A stretch of 58,545 nt of DNA, filler included, from Sphacelaria rigidula (taxonomy: Eukaryota): assembly GCA_964200075.2 (NCBI GenBank). It is 10 parts of 10 records of this genome, joined end to end, with 100 filler letters (N's around TTAATTAATTAA, not from the genome) between each part and the next. Parts side by side here need not be neighbours in the genome. Positions count along the whole stretch, not along the records: positions 11,731 to 17,495 come from CAXNAA020024630.1; positions 17,596 to 23,360 come from CAXNAA020024631.1; 8 more parts are not named here. The stretch is one strand, 5' to 3'. Below, in pieces: positions 12,497 through 23,460 of this stretch. Every line of letters begins with the position of its first letter. The stretch's first letter is position 1. The notes beneath the pieces are model-generated. The model searched no databases. It was not told where the DNA came from and worked only from the letters and a program-made list of their open reading frames with translations. The translations under genes and the position numbers were made by a program.

Positions 12497-15400
12497 TACA
12501 TTATCACACGGCAAGATCACTGTAGGCTTGTTCGCAATGTCACCGTCCACCTTCAACCCCCCGATTCGCCGGACTCTGACCACAACATCGTGTGCGCCTC
12601 AATGCGGCTCCTTGGTCGCTTCGCACACAACAGACCTAGACGAATCCCGATTGGGCGTACACCGATCGACAGACGGGCAATAGTATCTGACCCCGACAGA
12701 CGTGAGCAGCTCACCCAGCTCATCATCAGCGAGCTCGAACAGAGTATTCCTGGTGATACAGTCAGCTCACTGGCTAAGAACTTTGCTGACGTACTCTTGA
12801 GTGCCCCTGAAAAGGTGGCACCCCATCTGACCCGAAAGCCACGTATACCGGGGTGGTTTGAGGATGCTGCCATCCGAACGGAATTCGTACATGCCTGGAA
12901 GGAGAGGGAAAGGGCGAGATCAACGGTGAGACCGGGATCATCTCGAGATAAACTCGCATGGTGCACATTGCGAGCAGCACGCGAAAATATCGAAGAGGTG
13001 ATCGAAGTTGGGTGTACTCATGATCATGCATGCCATAGTCGTAAGACCATTGACCTCGCAGTTGGGGTGGACACATATATGGATGTGTATGCTAGATATC
13101 TAGAGGAGTATACTCGAGCGGGGGACATGAAAGGATGGTGAAGACATCTCAACGGAGGGTGGAGACTGTCTGGACGACCAATCGTGAGTGAGCAGTACCT
13201 TCGAGATGAGGACGGTAACTCACTGCGAAACAGAGGTTTGATTAGTGGGAGATGGGAATGGCACTTTTGTACATTTATGAACGCCATATCGGCAACTATC
13301 GACGGCACCATTATCGAGAAGATTGCTCAACGACCGATAGCGCTGTCACTAGGAGACCCACCAAGCCCAAGAGAAACTGAGGAGGCTCTGAGAGCTATGT
13401 CGAATGGCAAGGCAACCGGCCCGGATGGTATTCCTACAAAGATTCTGAAGCTTGGACTTAACGGGGAGGCGTTGGACATTCTGTACCACTTCCACAGCAT
13501 CGTCTCTGCGGTTTGGACATCTGGCGAGGTGCGGCAAGAATCGAAAGATGTCACCATCAAAGTGTTACACAAAAAACAAGATAGGACCCAGTGTAGTGAC
13601 TACAGAGGTATTTCACTTGCAGCACATAATGCTCAAGTTCTCCTCAAAATCGTTGCCAAGAGGCTCGGTGATTTTTGTGAGGAGACAGATGTCTTCCCGG
13701 AAGAGCAGTGTTGATTTAAGCGCCAAAGATCGACCACAGACATGGTGTTCGTAGTACGCTGACTCCAGGAGTTGGGACCGGCGAGCAACGTCCCAGAAAA
13801 TATGTTTTTGGTCGATCTGCAGAAAGCCTACGATTCTGTATCCCGCACGCTCCTGTGGAAAGTTCTTGCTCAGTCCGGAGTCCCGTTGCGAATGATCACG
13901 ATCATCCGTATGTCTCACGACGGCATGCGAGCTCGAGCACAACGAGATACTGTAGTGGGCGGTCTAACCATTCATTTTGTGGCACTTTGTGATTTTTTCG
14001 TAATTGGCGATTTTCTCGGACTCTTTTCGCTTGCCACTGCTTATCACATCGGGGATCTGAAGATATATTTGTATCCGCTCCACATTCCAAGGAGAAAAAA
14101 TAATCTGTATCCTCGACATCGAGTGACTTACGGGCTGACCGGTCACCGGGAGTCCTCACACGTTTCAGCCCAAACTCTTACTCTTCAGTATTTTCGGTCG
14201 ATCGAGCCCGTCCCGATCGTATTTCACAAGAAACGTACAGTTTTATTTTTTTGAAATGCTGCCTAATCATTGCACTATGGCCAAAAAACTGTGTTTCACG
14301 GTCAGTAACACCCTCTTGATGAACGGGGTATTTACTCGTTTCTCCCGATAAACACCAACTAACACTGGCTTGGGCACTGTGTTTCGAGAATGATTTGTTT
14401 TGTTGATCAAAATCTACGTGCGCTAGCAATTCCGAGTTCTATTTAAAAAATGTACGCGAGGAAAACCCCAAAACACCCCTACATAGTTAGACCGCCCACT
14501 ACTGTAGTGGCGAACTATCAGCGTGGTTCGACCTCTGCGAGGGACTCAGACAAGGTTGCGTTTCGTCTCCGCTGCTGTTCAACATCTTCGGAGCAGGCTT
14601 GGTGGGAGTGATCGTTCAGCGATTTGCGGCGGACCCAGTCATCGTCTCAGACTTGGCCTTTCTAGATGATGCGCTGCAACGTGTCGGTGGTGAACCCGTG
14701 GAAGAGACACCACTGGAAAAGGTGCGACGCGCGCTGTGGGCAATGCTCTATGCGGACGACGCCGACATGGCCTCGAAGACCTCAGAAGGGTTTGCTCGAA
14801 TAATGGCCGTGATAGTGATGACCTGCCAGGAATTCGGCCTGATGGTCTGCGAGAAGAAGACAGAATCCATGTGCCTTTGGCCAGTACCCAGTCCCACGGG
14901 GGCCACCCTAGGCGCCAAAGCTGCCGGTCAACGGTATAAGCAGGCGGGGGAGTTCATCTACCTTGGTGGAGCTATCAGCGCAGATGCGAAATCGTCCATC
15001 AAAATCAATCGCCGTATCAGCGCGGCGTGGGCGCGTATCCGACTAATTTAGCTCCCAACTCTACGACCGACCCAACGCCGTGCAATCCTTGAAAGTTCAA
15101 CTGCTTAAAGCGGAGGTGGTAAAAGCTCTGTTGTATGGGTGTGCCACATGGACGCTACGTTCTGAGGACTTCGACTGTCTGCGCAATGCCCATTACAAGC
15201 TCTTGCTACGAGTGGTTGGATTCCGCAGGAACGCTCGGAATGGCTACAAGACTCTTTCGTACAGAGCGGTGCTCGAGATAACCAACTGCTAACGTATCGA
15301 GAGGACTATCCGCAAACGTCAACTCTGGTTCACGGGAACCCTTGTCCGGCAGAAGGACACACGCCTTTCCAAGCGCGTCATGAACGGTCGGCTTTCCACA

Positions 15401-16126
15401 CGAGGACCCAAGGAGGTCGGCCGCCCCCCCAAGCAATGGGAGGATGCCCTACAGGAGAACATACGTGCGCTAAGGGCTGTCCCGCACAAAGGAGCCCGAG
15501 GGAAGTGGTTTCTCTACGGTGTAGAGGTCAACGATGCCTACGATGGGGTCACTGCGGCGAAGAACATGGGCAAATGGCATATTAGAGTCGAAAAGGGAGT
15601 GAAAGACTCAGAGGACACGTGGCGACGTGCGGACAAGTGAGAATCAGACCGCCGTCACAAGCGAGAGACTGCTGCGTCGAGGGCTGCCAATCGAAGAATC
15701 TTGTCTGCTCATATCGGTTGTTGGCTATGTCCTTAGTCGGTGGCTCTGCGGTGCTCACTGGTGTGTATCTGTATCTACTTTGCTGCCCTGAATCCCTTGG
15801 GTTTTTCCCTTTTTTTTCATCATATTACATTATTTTATTTCATTTGCTATTTACTTCCCTCTTCTTTTCCTTTCTTTTTCTTGGTTCTAGGTCAGCCATT
15901 TATTTTCTGTGCATTCCTTTCGTTGATTGTTTTTTGTATTCTTCTTCTTTTTTCAACATCTTAGTCTACTATGTCGTTGTGTTTGATCTTTTTTTTTCTG
16001 TTCCTCCTTTTCTTCAGCAAGTGTTTCAGTCGTGTTTTTCTTGGGTGCGTCTATCATGGGACCACGACTGGACCCCTGGGGGGTCAGTTTAAGTGCGACA
16101 ACCAATCAATGAATCAATCAAATCAA
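12497..16126 (+). mobile_element. 5'-truncated degenerate RTE-clade LINE inserted into the minus-strand RTE
   Basis: Starts in the AP-endonuclease C-terminus (YIITRQ...SDHNIV). RT motifs KATGPDGIP, YRGISL, VDLQKAYDSV, GLRQGC, MLYADD and YLGG follow, then LLYGCATW, a T-rich 3' UTR and an (AATC)n tail at ~16103-16126. Stops and frameshifts throughout. Confidence 0.9.
13950..14504. mobile_element. Tc1/mariner-type MITE (555 bp) inserted in the RTE RT
   Basis: 19-bp TIRs C(T/A)GTAGTGGGCGGTCTAAC / GTTAGACCGCCCACTACTG; TA duplication at 13948-13949 and 14505-14506. Removing it restores RT frame AQRD-SGELSAWF. Confidence 0.9.
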
Positions 16127-16935
16127 CGCCACTCTCCGTACGCGCTCCAGAGGCGTTCCTATCTCCCTCACCGTCTCCTTGTCGAGATCTACCATATCCT
16201 TGAGGGTGTTGCCACTCTCGATGAATCGCACGAAAACTATCTCGAGCGTCGCAGCAAAAAACATATTGAACAGCAGTGGAGACAGCACACATCCTTGCCG
16301 CCGTCTCTGAGTGATCTCGGACCACGTAGAAAGCTCCCCGTCGTTCATGCGTACGCGGGCCTGCATGTCATCGTGGAATTGACGGATAACTGCTTTCATC
16401 TCAGCCGGAATACCAGCTCGGGCAAGCACCTGCCAGAAAAGCTCTCTGTCGACCGAATCATGGACCTTTTGGAGGTCGACGAAGCACATGTATAGTGGTA
16501 CTCTCCGTCGTCGTCCTAGTTTTTGGAGTCGACGCGCTACGAACAACATGTCGGCGGTGGATCGATCAGATCGGAAGCCGCATTGTTCCTCGAGCAGTAT
16601 CCCGTGGGCTTCGCAGTAGTAGCTTAGGCGGTTAGCCGCTATCTTCAAAAGAGTTTCCCCTGCGTACGACACCCGTAAAATTCCTCGGTAGTTGCTACAG
16701 TTGGAGCGGCCCGATTTCTTGTCGAGCATTTTTTATATCGTGACGTCTTTCCACTCTTGCGAGAACTCACCTCCGTTCCACACCTCAACGAGGATCGCAT
16801 GGTAGCGTTCGAGAACGATAGGCCCAGTGCAACCATCGATCTTGAGTAGTTCTACTGGGAGGGAGTCGTGTCCCGGTGCTTTCCAGTTTTGCATCCCCCG
16901 GACTGCTCGTATGGTGTCCTCCACCGTTGTGACTG
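16127..16935 (-). mobile_element. RTE-clade LINE (host copy), N-terminal and central RT
   Basis: KAPGHDSLP, NYRGI, EEQCGFR, FVDLQKVHDSV, RQGCVLSPLLFN, LERVRRVA. Joins in frame to the segment ending at 12496. Confidence 0.88.
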
Positions 16936-17495
16936 TAAATAGAGAATATATCAATTCAAACTTGTGTGTAGGTGATTCATATAGCAGAAGTGCTGACTCA
17001 CACAATTCTTACAGTCATACTGACTGAATTCCTTGCAAAGCTTTCGTGACGCTTGACCGGCGCTCGTCAGACCACTACAGGATGCCGTGGCATCCTATCT
17101 GGATTGAGACGGAGTCTTTCCTGCTGACGACCCCCTTTCCCTCACCATCGGACGATTTGTCCACCACATTCCGGTACTCCGTTCCCCGTCCTCCGACGGA
17201 GGCCATGACCGGTACGGCGTGGGGAGCGTCTTTCCGGCGGCTGTAGGGCGAGAATCACCTTCAAGGAGTTATTCCTTCTCGCTACCACCCTTGGCCCAGG
17301 CCGTGGTGTGGAACTAGAGTTGGGTCAGCGCGGTTCTCATCAGGAACACCCACCCGTGTTGTAATGCAGCAGTATAATATGTCAACACCCCGAGTGCGGG
17401 CATATCCTGCGCTACAAACAGTGTAATGTGACTACACCCTGAGTGCGGGCATGTTGGGATACGGTGTGTGCGCGGCGGCAGTTGACACCGCTGTC

Positions 17496-17595
17496 NNNNN
17501 NNNNNNNNNNNNNNNNNNNNNNNNNNNNNNNNNNNNNNNTTAATTAATTAANNNNNNNNNNNNNNNNNNNNNNNNNNNNNNNNNNNNNNNNNNNN
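17496..17595. other. Artificial contig-joining spacer
   Basis: 44 N + TTAATTAATTAA + 44 N. Confidence 0.98.
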
Positions 17596-17708
17596 CTAGG
17601 TTTGGGTCCGAGCGAATTTGCACGCTTTGAATCGAGAAGGCTAAGCGAAATTCGTGAAGCGATACTTCTTCAGTTATATTCAATAGACAGTGCAGTACAG
17701 CACAGACG

Positions 17709-18690
17709 GTACAGACTGTACAACAGTGGCGGCCTGTACTGTCCACATGGTGTGTGTTTCGCACGGCATGCGGGCGCCATGTGGAAAAGAAGCGGGTAAC
17801 GCGGCACACAGCAGATTTGACAGACAGCACAGCTTTCTGACTCTCTGGATACAGGAGGATGCGAAGCAGATTTTGAACTACGTGCAGTTTTCCACCGACT
17901 CTACTGTTGTCCATGAGCGCGTTGGCAGTTCGATCGCCCTCCCCAACATGCAACTCCGTCGGTGGACCCTGCCACAAAATTAGGTGCCCAAGTTTTTGCC
18001 ACCAAGAAGAAACACATTATGCTTAACGTGTGGTGGTGGCGGTTTCTATCACTGCTGCAGAATATATCCCTGTGCTGAGTTTGTGATCTATGCCGCAGGG
18101 TTGGGTACGTAGCTGCGAATGAACCATTTGGGTCTTGCGTAATTCTGTGAAAGGGTGGTATCTAGCAGGGTTGTCGTCTTCACCTATATATCAAGTACAG
18201 ACTGTACAACAGTGGCGGCCTGTACTACTCTGTTGTGTAGATGGTGCGTGTGTTTCCCTCAGCATGCCGCCACGATGTGGAAACGAAGCGGGCAATGTGA
18301 CATACAGCTAATTTGACAGAAAACACAGCTTTCTGACTCTCTGCATACAAGAGAATACGAAGCAGATTTAAACCATGTGCAGTTTTGCACCCCCTCGAAT
18401 GTCCATGAGCGCGTTGGCAATTAGATCGCCCACCGCAACACGCAACTCCGTCGGTGGACCCTGCCACAAAATTAGGTGTCTAAGTTTTCGCGAACAAAAA
18501 GGAACACATCATGTCAAAACAGTGATGTCGGTTTCCTATCACTGGAGTGGGTGTATCCCTATACCCCTGCGCTCAGTCCATGATCTACTGTGCCGCAAGG
18601 TTGAGTAAGTATTCAATAGCTGCGAATGAACCATTTGGGTTTTGGTTACCTCTGTCTGTGACAGGGTAGTATCTGGCACGGTTGTCTGCA
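17709..18690 (+). repeat. Diverged tandem duplication, unit ~485 bp
   Basis: Both units start gtacagactgtacaacagtggcggcctgtact (17709, 18194) and share gcaactccgtcggtggaccctgccacaaaattaggtg and tagctgcgaatgaaccatttggg. Confidence 0.85.
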
Positions 18691-20069
18691 ACATGGGAGT
18701 TACGTCCCGCTTCGTTCATTCCGCCGCTCGTTTCGCTCGAAAAAGCGTTTCAAAAAGCTAAGCTTTTCTGTTTTTGACCCTGCCCGTTGCGCGCAACTAA
18801 TTATAAAATGGACTTGAAGCCATCTAGGAACATAAACGCGGTGGGCATGTCAGATTTGGCCTCGCAACGGCCAGTTCGATTCGACCCCATGTTTTCGAGT
18901 CGGAAAAAAAATGATAAGACACGGCCTTCGACGGCAAGAAAATACTGTATACGGACTCACATTTTTCCTCGCCTTGGCAATGCCGGTCATGCAGCACATT
19001 TTTTTCCGCCTGCGGGAAAATGTGTGCGCCGCTACATTGCGGTGTGCGTCAAGCCGCACATACATACATCATCCATCCTATGTTGATAAGGGAGCACCTT
19101 TGCTAATTTTCACTCCAGCTCGTGTGAGCCGCAACAGCGCAACACCAACCTGGAGCCCTGCTAGACGGTGTGTATATAGTAATAGCGAACGCGGTACAAT
19201 CAACATGTGACGCGGGAAAGGAACCAACCCCAAAATATCACCTGCCAAGAAGATTGTTGATGTTCAAAGAGATACTCTACACCGCATTGGTCGCGGGTTC
19301 ATCTTCTCATCAGCTTGAATCACTCACCGGCAGCAGCGACGCCGCTAGCACCAAACACAGCGAGGAGGACGGTTACGATCTGCATCATTTTGCTCTCCGA
19401 CGTAATAGAATAGCAGTTTTTTTGTGTCGGCTTCTGAGATGTTGTTGGTGGGGAAACGATATTGTGTGCGTTGGGGGGGAAGGAGGGGGGAAGAGAGGCG
19501 GCCACTCCGCTTTTTTTTTTTTCTTCCTTTTATGCGTGACAACAATGTCTGGAAGCGCTGTTCTCCGGATAGGTTCAACAACTGCGGACAGATTCGTTGT
19601 TCCTTCCAGCTAAATAAACGCACACAAAACAACAGGATTACTGAAGCTCACGGAAAGATTTTTATCAAGTACCACCTGTATCTGTCCGAAAATGTAGTGA
19701 TGCCCGCGGAGAATCGCCGTCCAGAATTGTAACGCATGAAGGTAACAAAAAAGGCGAAAAAGTGAGACCCCCCATCCCCTCCCCACAAAAGCAATCTCGT
19801 CACCCCAAGAACAATCATAGTCAGGAAGGATAGTGTCTATGTTGTAGCGTAATTGTTCAGTGTACGAGATTTTGCGGCTCGTGTAGCGCTTCGTGGCTAT
19901 ATATTCACCGCACTCTCCGTTGCGGGATTGACTATCCATCCATGTGCTGAACTCTTCGTTCCAGATTGCCCTGTGTAAGTATTCAGCAGTCGATGTTGAA
20001 AAAATAACAGATGCTCTCGTTGTGGTGGAGAGATACGGCGTACTAGATGAGGGACCATGAGAAAATGCA

Positions 20070-20660
20070 CACGAACAATGGTTGATACTATGAAAATACC
20101 GCCAACCCTACCCCTAACGATAACGCTAACCCTAACCCCGACCAAGGCATAACGAGAACCCTAGGGCAAAGGGGGTGCAGATTACTCCCGAGGCAAATTA
20201 TGTGTTGCCCGGTATCGAATCGACGCATTCCAGCCGATTTTGGACCAAAACACGTTCTGGATAGGCTGGGTCTACTGCTCACCACTGCTCACCTGCCCCA
20301 GACCATACATTTTCTCAGAACGTTCTTCAGTCTAAAATCAGGTAAAATCGAGTACCAGCCATTGTTTAGGTACATTTCGCAAGCTCAACGAGGCGACCTG
20401 AGGATTTGTACGTAAACAATGGTTGGTACTACGGAGATGCCGCCAACCCTAACGCCAACCCTAACCTTAACCCCGACCAAGGCATACCAAGAACCCTCGG
20501 GCAAGGGGGTGCAGAGTGTTCTGTAGGCAAAGCGTGCATTGCCAGAGCTCAAATCGACGCCATTCAGCCGATTGTGGACCAACACGCCTTCTGGACGAGC
20601 TGGGTCCACTGCTCATCTACCCCAGACCATGAATTTTCTCAGAACTCTACTGACCTCAAC
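20070..20660 (+). repeat. Diverged tandem duplication (~340 bp unit) with telomere-like CCCTAA motifs
   Basis: aacaatggttg...ccgccaaccct...aaccccgaccaaggcata...aagggggtgcaga occurs at ~20075 and ~20416. Confidence 0.75.
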
Positions 20661-21469
20661 CACTGCTGTCGATGATAGAGACCACCAGTTGCAAGGATAC
20701 GCGAGTATGCTGTATGGAAAAGCAATGAAATAATGGGTCTACTTTCCCCCCGAAATTTCTGATATTTTCGCGCCATTTCTACAAGCTTGGGCAGTTAAGA
20801 ACCCGCATCCCTCCGACACAGTGCAGGAAGTCCCATGATAACTCACTCAGTTCCCCTATAGTATACATTGGGGTGTTTGCGCGGATGAAACTCGGGTTTG
20901 GTCGTGAAGTTCAGAGCAAGATGCAACGGTCACCCTACTTCGGTTAAACAACTGGCTTTTAAAGACCCCATCGACCTTGGCGATGTGAAGACCAAATATG
21001 GGTGTTGGGTCAGGTTGGGCTCGGTCTTTGCTATTGGCCAACAATCTCAAGTCCTCTCGATCTTTACCGGTACGGTGTTTTGGGAAGCAAATTTGGCCCC
21101 GAAGTCCGTAGCAAAAAAACGGTTTTGATCATCCCTCGGTTTGGTCTTTCAGATGTTCATGCTATTGGTCGACAGACCCGAAGAGTTTTCCGTCCTCCCG
21201 GCACATACCACACCAGCTCTATCATCGCGCATAGGGCGTACACCACACCATACTCCGAAGAGGCTTGGTGTGACATTGGTGTTCATAGGAAGTCAGCACA
21301 GCAGCATATATATGCACAAAGAAGGAGTGTTGAGCACAGCTTGACACAGACAGCTATTGGCACGAACAACATAAGACAGACGTGACGTGTATCCGACTTG
21401 CATGGAAGTTCAGAAAGAAGGAAGGAAACATGCGATACAGCAGGACACGTTTTTCGGTTCACCTCCAAC

Positions 21470-22700
21470 AGATAAGGCTGAGTCGAGGTGAATTGAAAGG
21501 TTTTCGCGCAAACCGCGATCATGGCCAGGCGTTTGAAAATCGGCCCTCGGCAAAAATTGAGGACCCATCTGGAATGAGGGGAAGATCCATCACATTGGAC
21601 ATGTGCTGTTTCACCGTGCTGCAGCACAAACATACTCATGCTCTCTCCCATGTGCTGTAGCTGTCACTTGTGTTGTGGTGTGTTCGGACCTTTGGGAAGG
21701 CGGTTTGATCTCCGCTGGGAGTGCGTCAGTTGCCTGACTGTTGTCACTGCATTGATCTTCATAGAAAGTGAGCGAAGTTTGGTTTTTCGGCAGGGAGTGC
21801 TGTATGCACTACTGTTGTCGTTGTTGGCTGTTTTGTCTCACGCCAAACGAATGAGTGAGGTGCTTCCAACACCCATCATTTTTACGCTGTGTTTATTTGT
21901 CGCTGTACTGTTGTGCATTCAAGCACTCTACGACGAACATGGCGTGATGTGCGCTGGAGAGGGCCTAAACAGTTGTACCGTATGCCGTGTTTCGGTTTGC
22001 ACAGAATTTGGGTGGGATCAAGGTGCTGTTCATAAAGTTGAAATTATTACATACGGGACCGGTCGCTCGGGTGGCTCAGTTGTTGGTAACCTCGTAACCT
22101 TCTTGTGGTTGAGTAGGGGGGTCCGATTCCCGGAGTGATCTGGAATCTTTTCTCACACCATGTTCAACAGTGGAGAGCGACTATGTCGTGGGTATAGACA
22201 AAGTTCGACTTAACGGTTGACGAGGGAAAGGGACTGCTGGGCCCCTCTCGCGATAAAAAATATAGGCAAGCACCGCAAAAGGAAGGTGGGGTATTAAAAA
22301 AAAAAAAGCTCCAGTGTTGACCTTCCTCGTGTGTGACCCCGGCTGATGCGCCCACATATACCGAAAGGTGTAGACTAGCGCCCAGAATAAATGGGACGAC
22401 AACACAACACACGGGACGACTGTGCAGCTGGTCTTTGGTAGTTCAGTTGTACTCAGGTGCTGTGATCAGAAAAGACACGTAAGGTGGACGCGTTCAGGTT
22501 GGGGCAATCAAACTGAGCCAGCACGGAGCTGCTGTATCCCAAGCGGTTGATGGTAGCAGCTGTCTGCCTTGATGTCCCATTCTCTACCTTATTTCAGACG
22601 GGTCCTCTTTTTTCGACGAGTGCCGATTTTTAAACGCTCGGCGATGATCGCGCTTCGCGCCAAAATCTTGTACCTCACCTCGAGTCATCCTCATCTGTGG
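21470..22700. mobile_element. Putative non-autonomous DNA transposon with long imperfect TIRs (~21470-21630 / ~22545-22700)
   Basis: cgcgatcatggccaggcgtttgaaaatcggc...gaggacccatctggaatgagg is matched in inverted orientation near 22590-22670. No TSD resolved. Confidence 0.55.
22060..22410 (+). mobile_element. Full-length tRNA-derived SINE family 1
   Basis: Head GGTCGCTCGGGTGGCTCAGTT, shared body, ACAAC/CA tail; candidate TSD ACGGGAC at 22053-22059 and 22411-22417. Confidence 0.85.
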
Positions 22701-23073
22701 GTGAGACAAATTTTCAGACAGTCGGGCAGAGGTTTGTCACTGCTTTCTAAACACGTTGGACAGACAGTGTTGCCCAAGGTCGGCCTCCCGAGCAGTGCGT
22801 ACCCTGTTCGAGTGATTCAGATACCCAGTAATGCTGGATCTACGTAGAGCCGGGGGTCGGGGTGACGTACGAGTACCGACAGTCAAGTGTGTGCAAATGT
22901 GGTACAGTAGTACAGCTGAGAGCAGCGGAGCAGTCCGCCCCCCCTTGATCATTCTCATTTCATCTACCTCCATCTCATCAGCACTCTCCCAAGTTATAGT
23001 AGAACTTGGGTGCTCTTCAATAAAATATCTGAAACCATTACCCTGTGCCTGAGCCAAGGAATACAATACAAGT

Positions 23074-23360
23074 ATGGCTAGGAACGATGGTAACGCTCCG
23101 TCTTCAGAAGAAAGGTTAGACGGGCTGATGAGTCAACTTGAAAGTATGATGAGTCTGTTCAGTGGTCAGTTTAGCACACTGACAGAGATTGTTAGAGATG
23201 TACAATCTACACAAACTGTAATGCAGGGTAGGGTAGATGGCATCGAAGATCGAGAATCCGGAGGCGCGAGGTGGAGTGGCGTCGTCGAAAGCGAAGAAGA
23301 TCAAGCGATCCCAACGCCCGACGGAGCGAGGGATGACAAGATCGAGGGAGGAACGGCCGG
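23074..23360 (+). mobile_element. Possible start of an LTR-retrotransposon gag-like ORF (cut by contig end)
   Basis: ATG-initiated, helical or coiled-coil-like ORF open to the gap; a TGGGTGCTC PBS-like motif lies ~70 nt upstream. No diagnostic domain visible. Confidence 0.3.
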
Positions 23361-23460
23361 NNNNNNNNNNNNNNNNNNNNNNNNNNNNNNNNNNNNNNNN
23401 NNNNTTAATTAATTAANNNNNNNNNNNNNNNNNNNNNNNNNNNNNNNNNNNNNNNNNNNN
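23361..23460. other. Artificial contig-joining spacer
   Basis: 44 N + TTAATTAATTAA + 44 N. Confidence 0.98.

Noticed and set aside
15619..16092. Hydrophobic ORFs after the RTE
   Set aside because: They arise from the T-rich LINE 3' UTR.
23120..23150. Hammerhead ribozyme at CTGATGAGTCAACTTGAAAG
   Set aside because: No valid stem II or closing stems; other CTGATGA hits also failed by eye.
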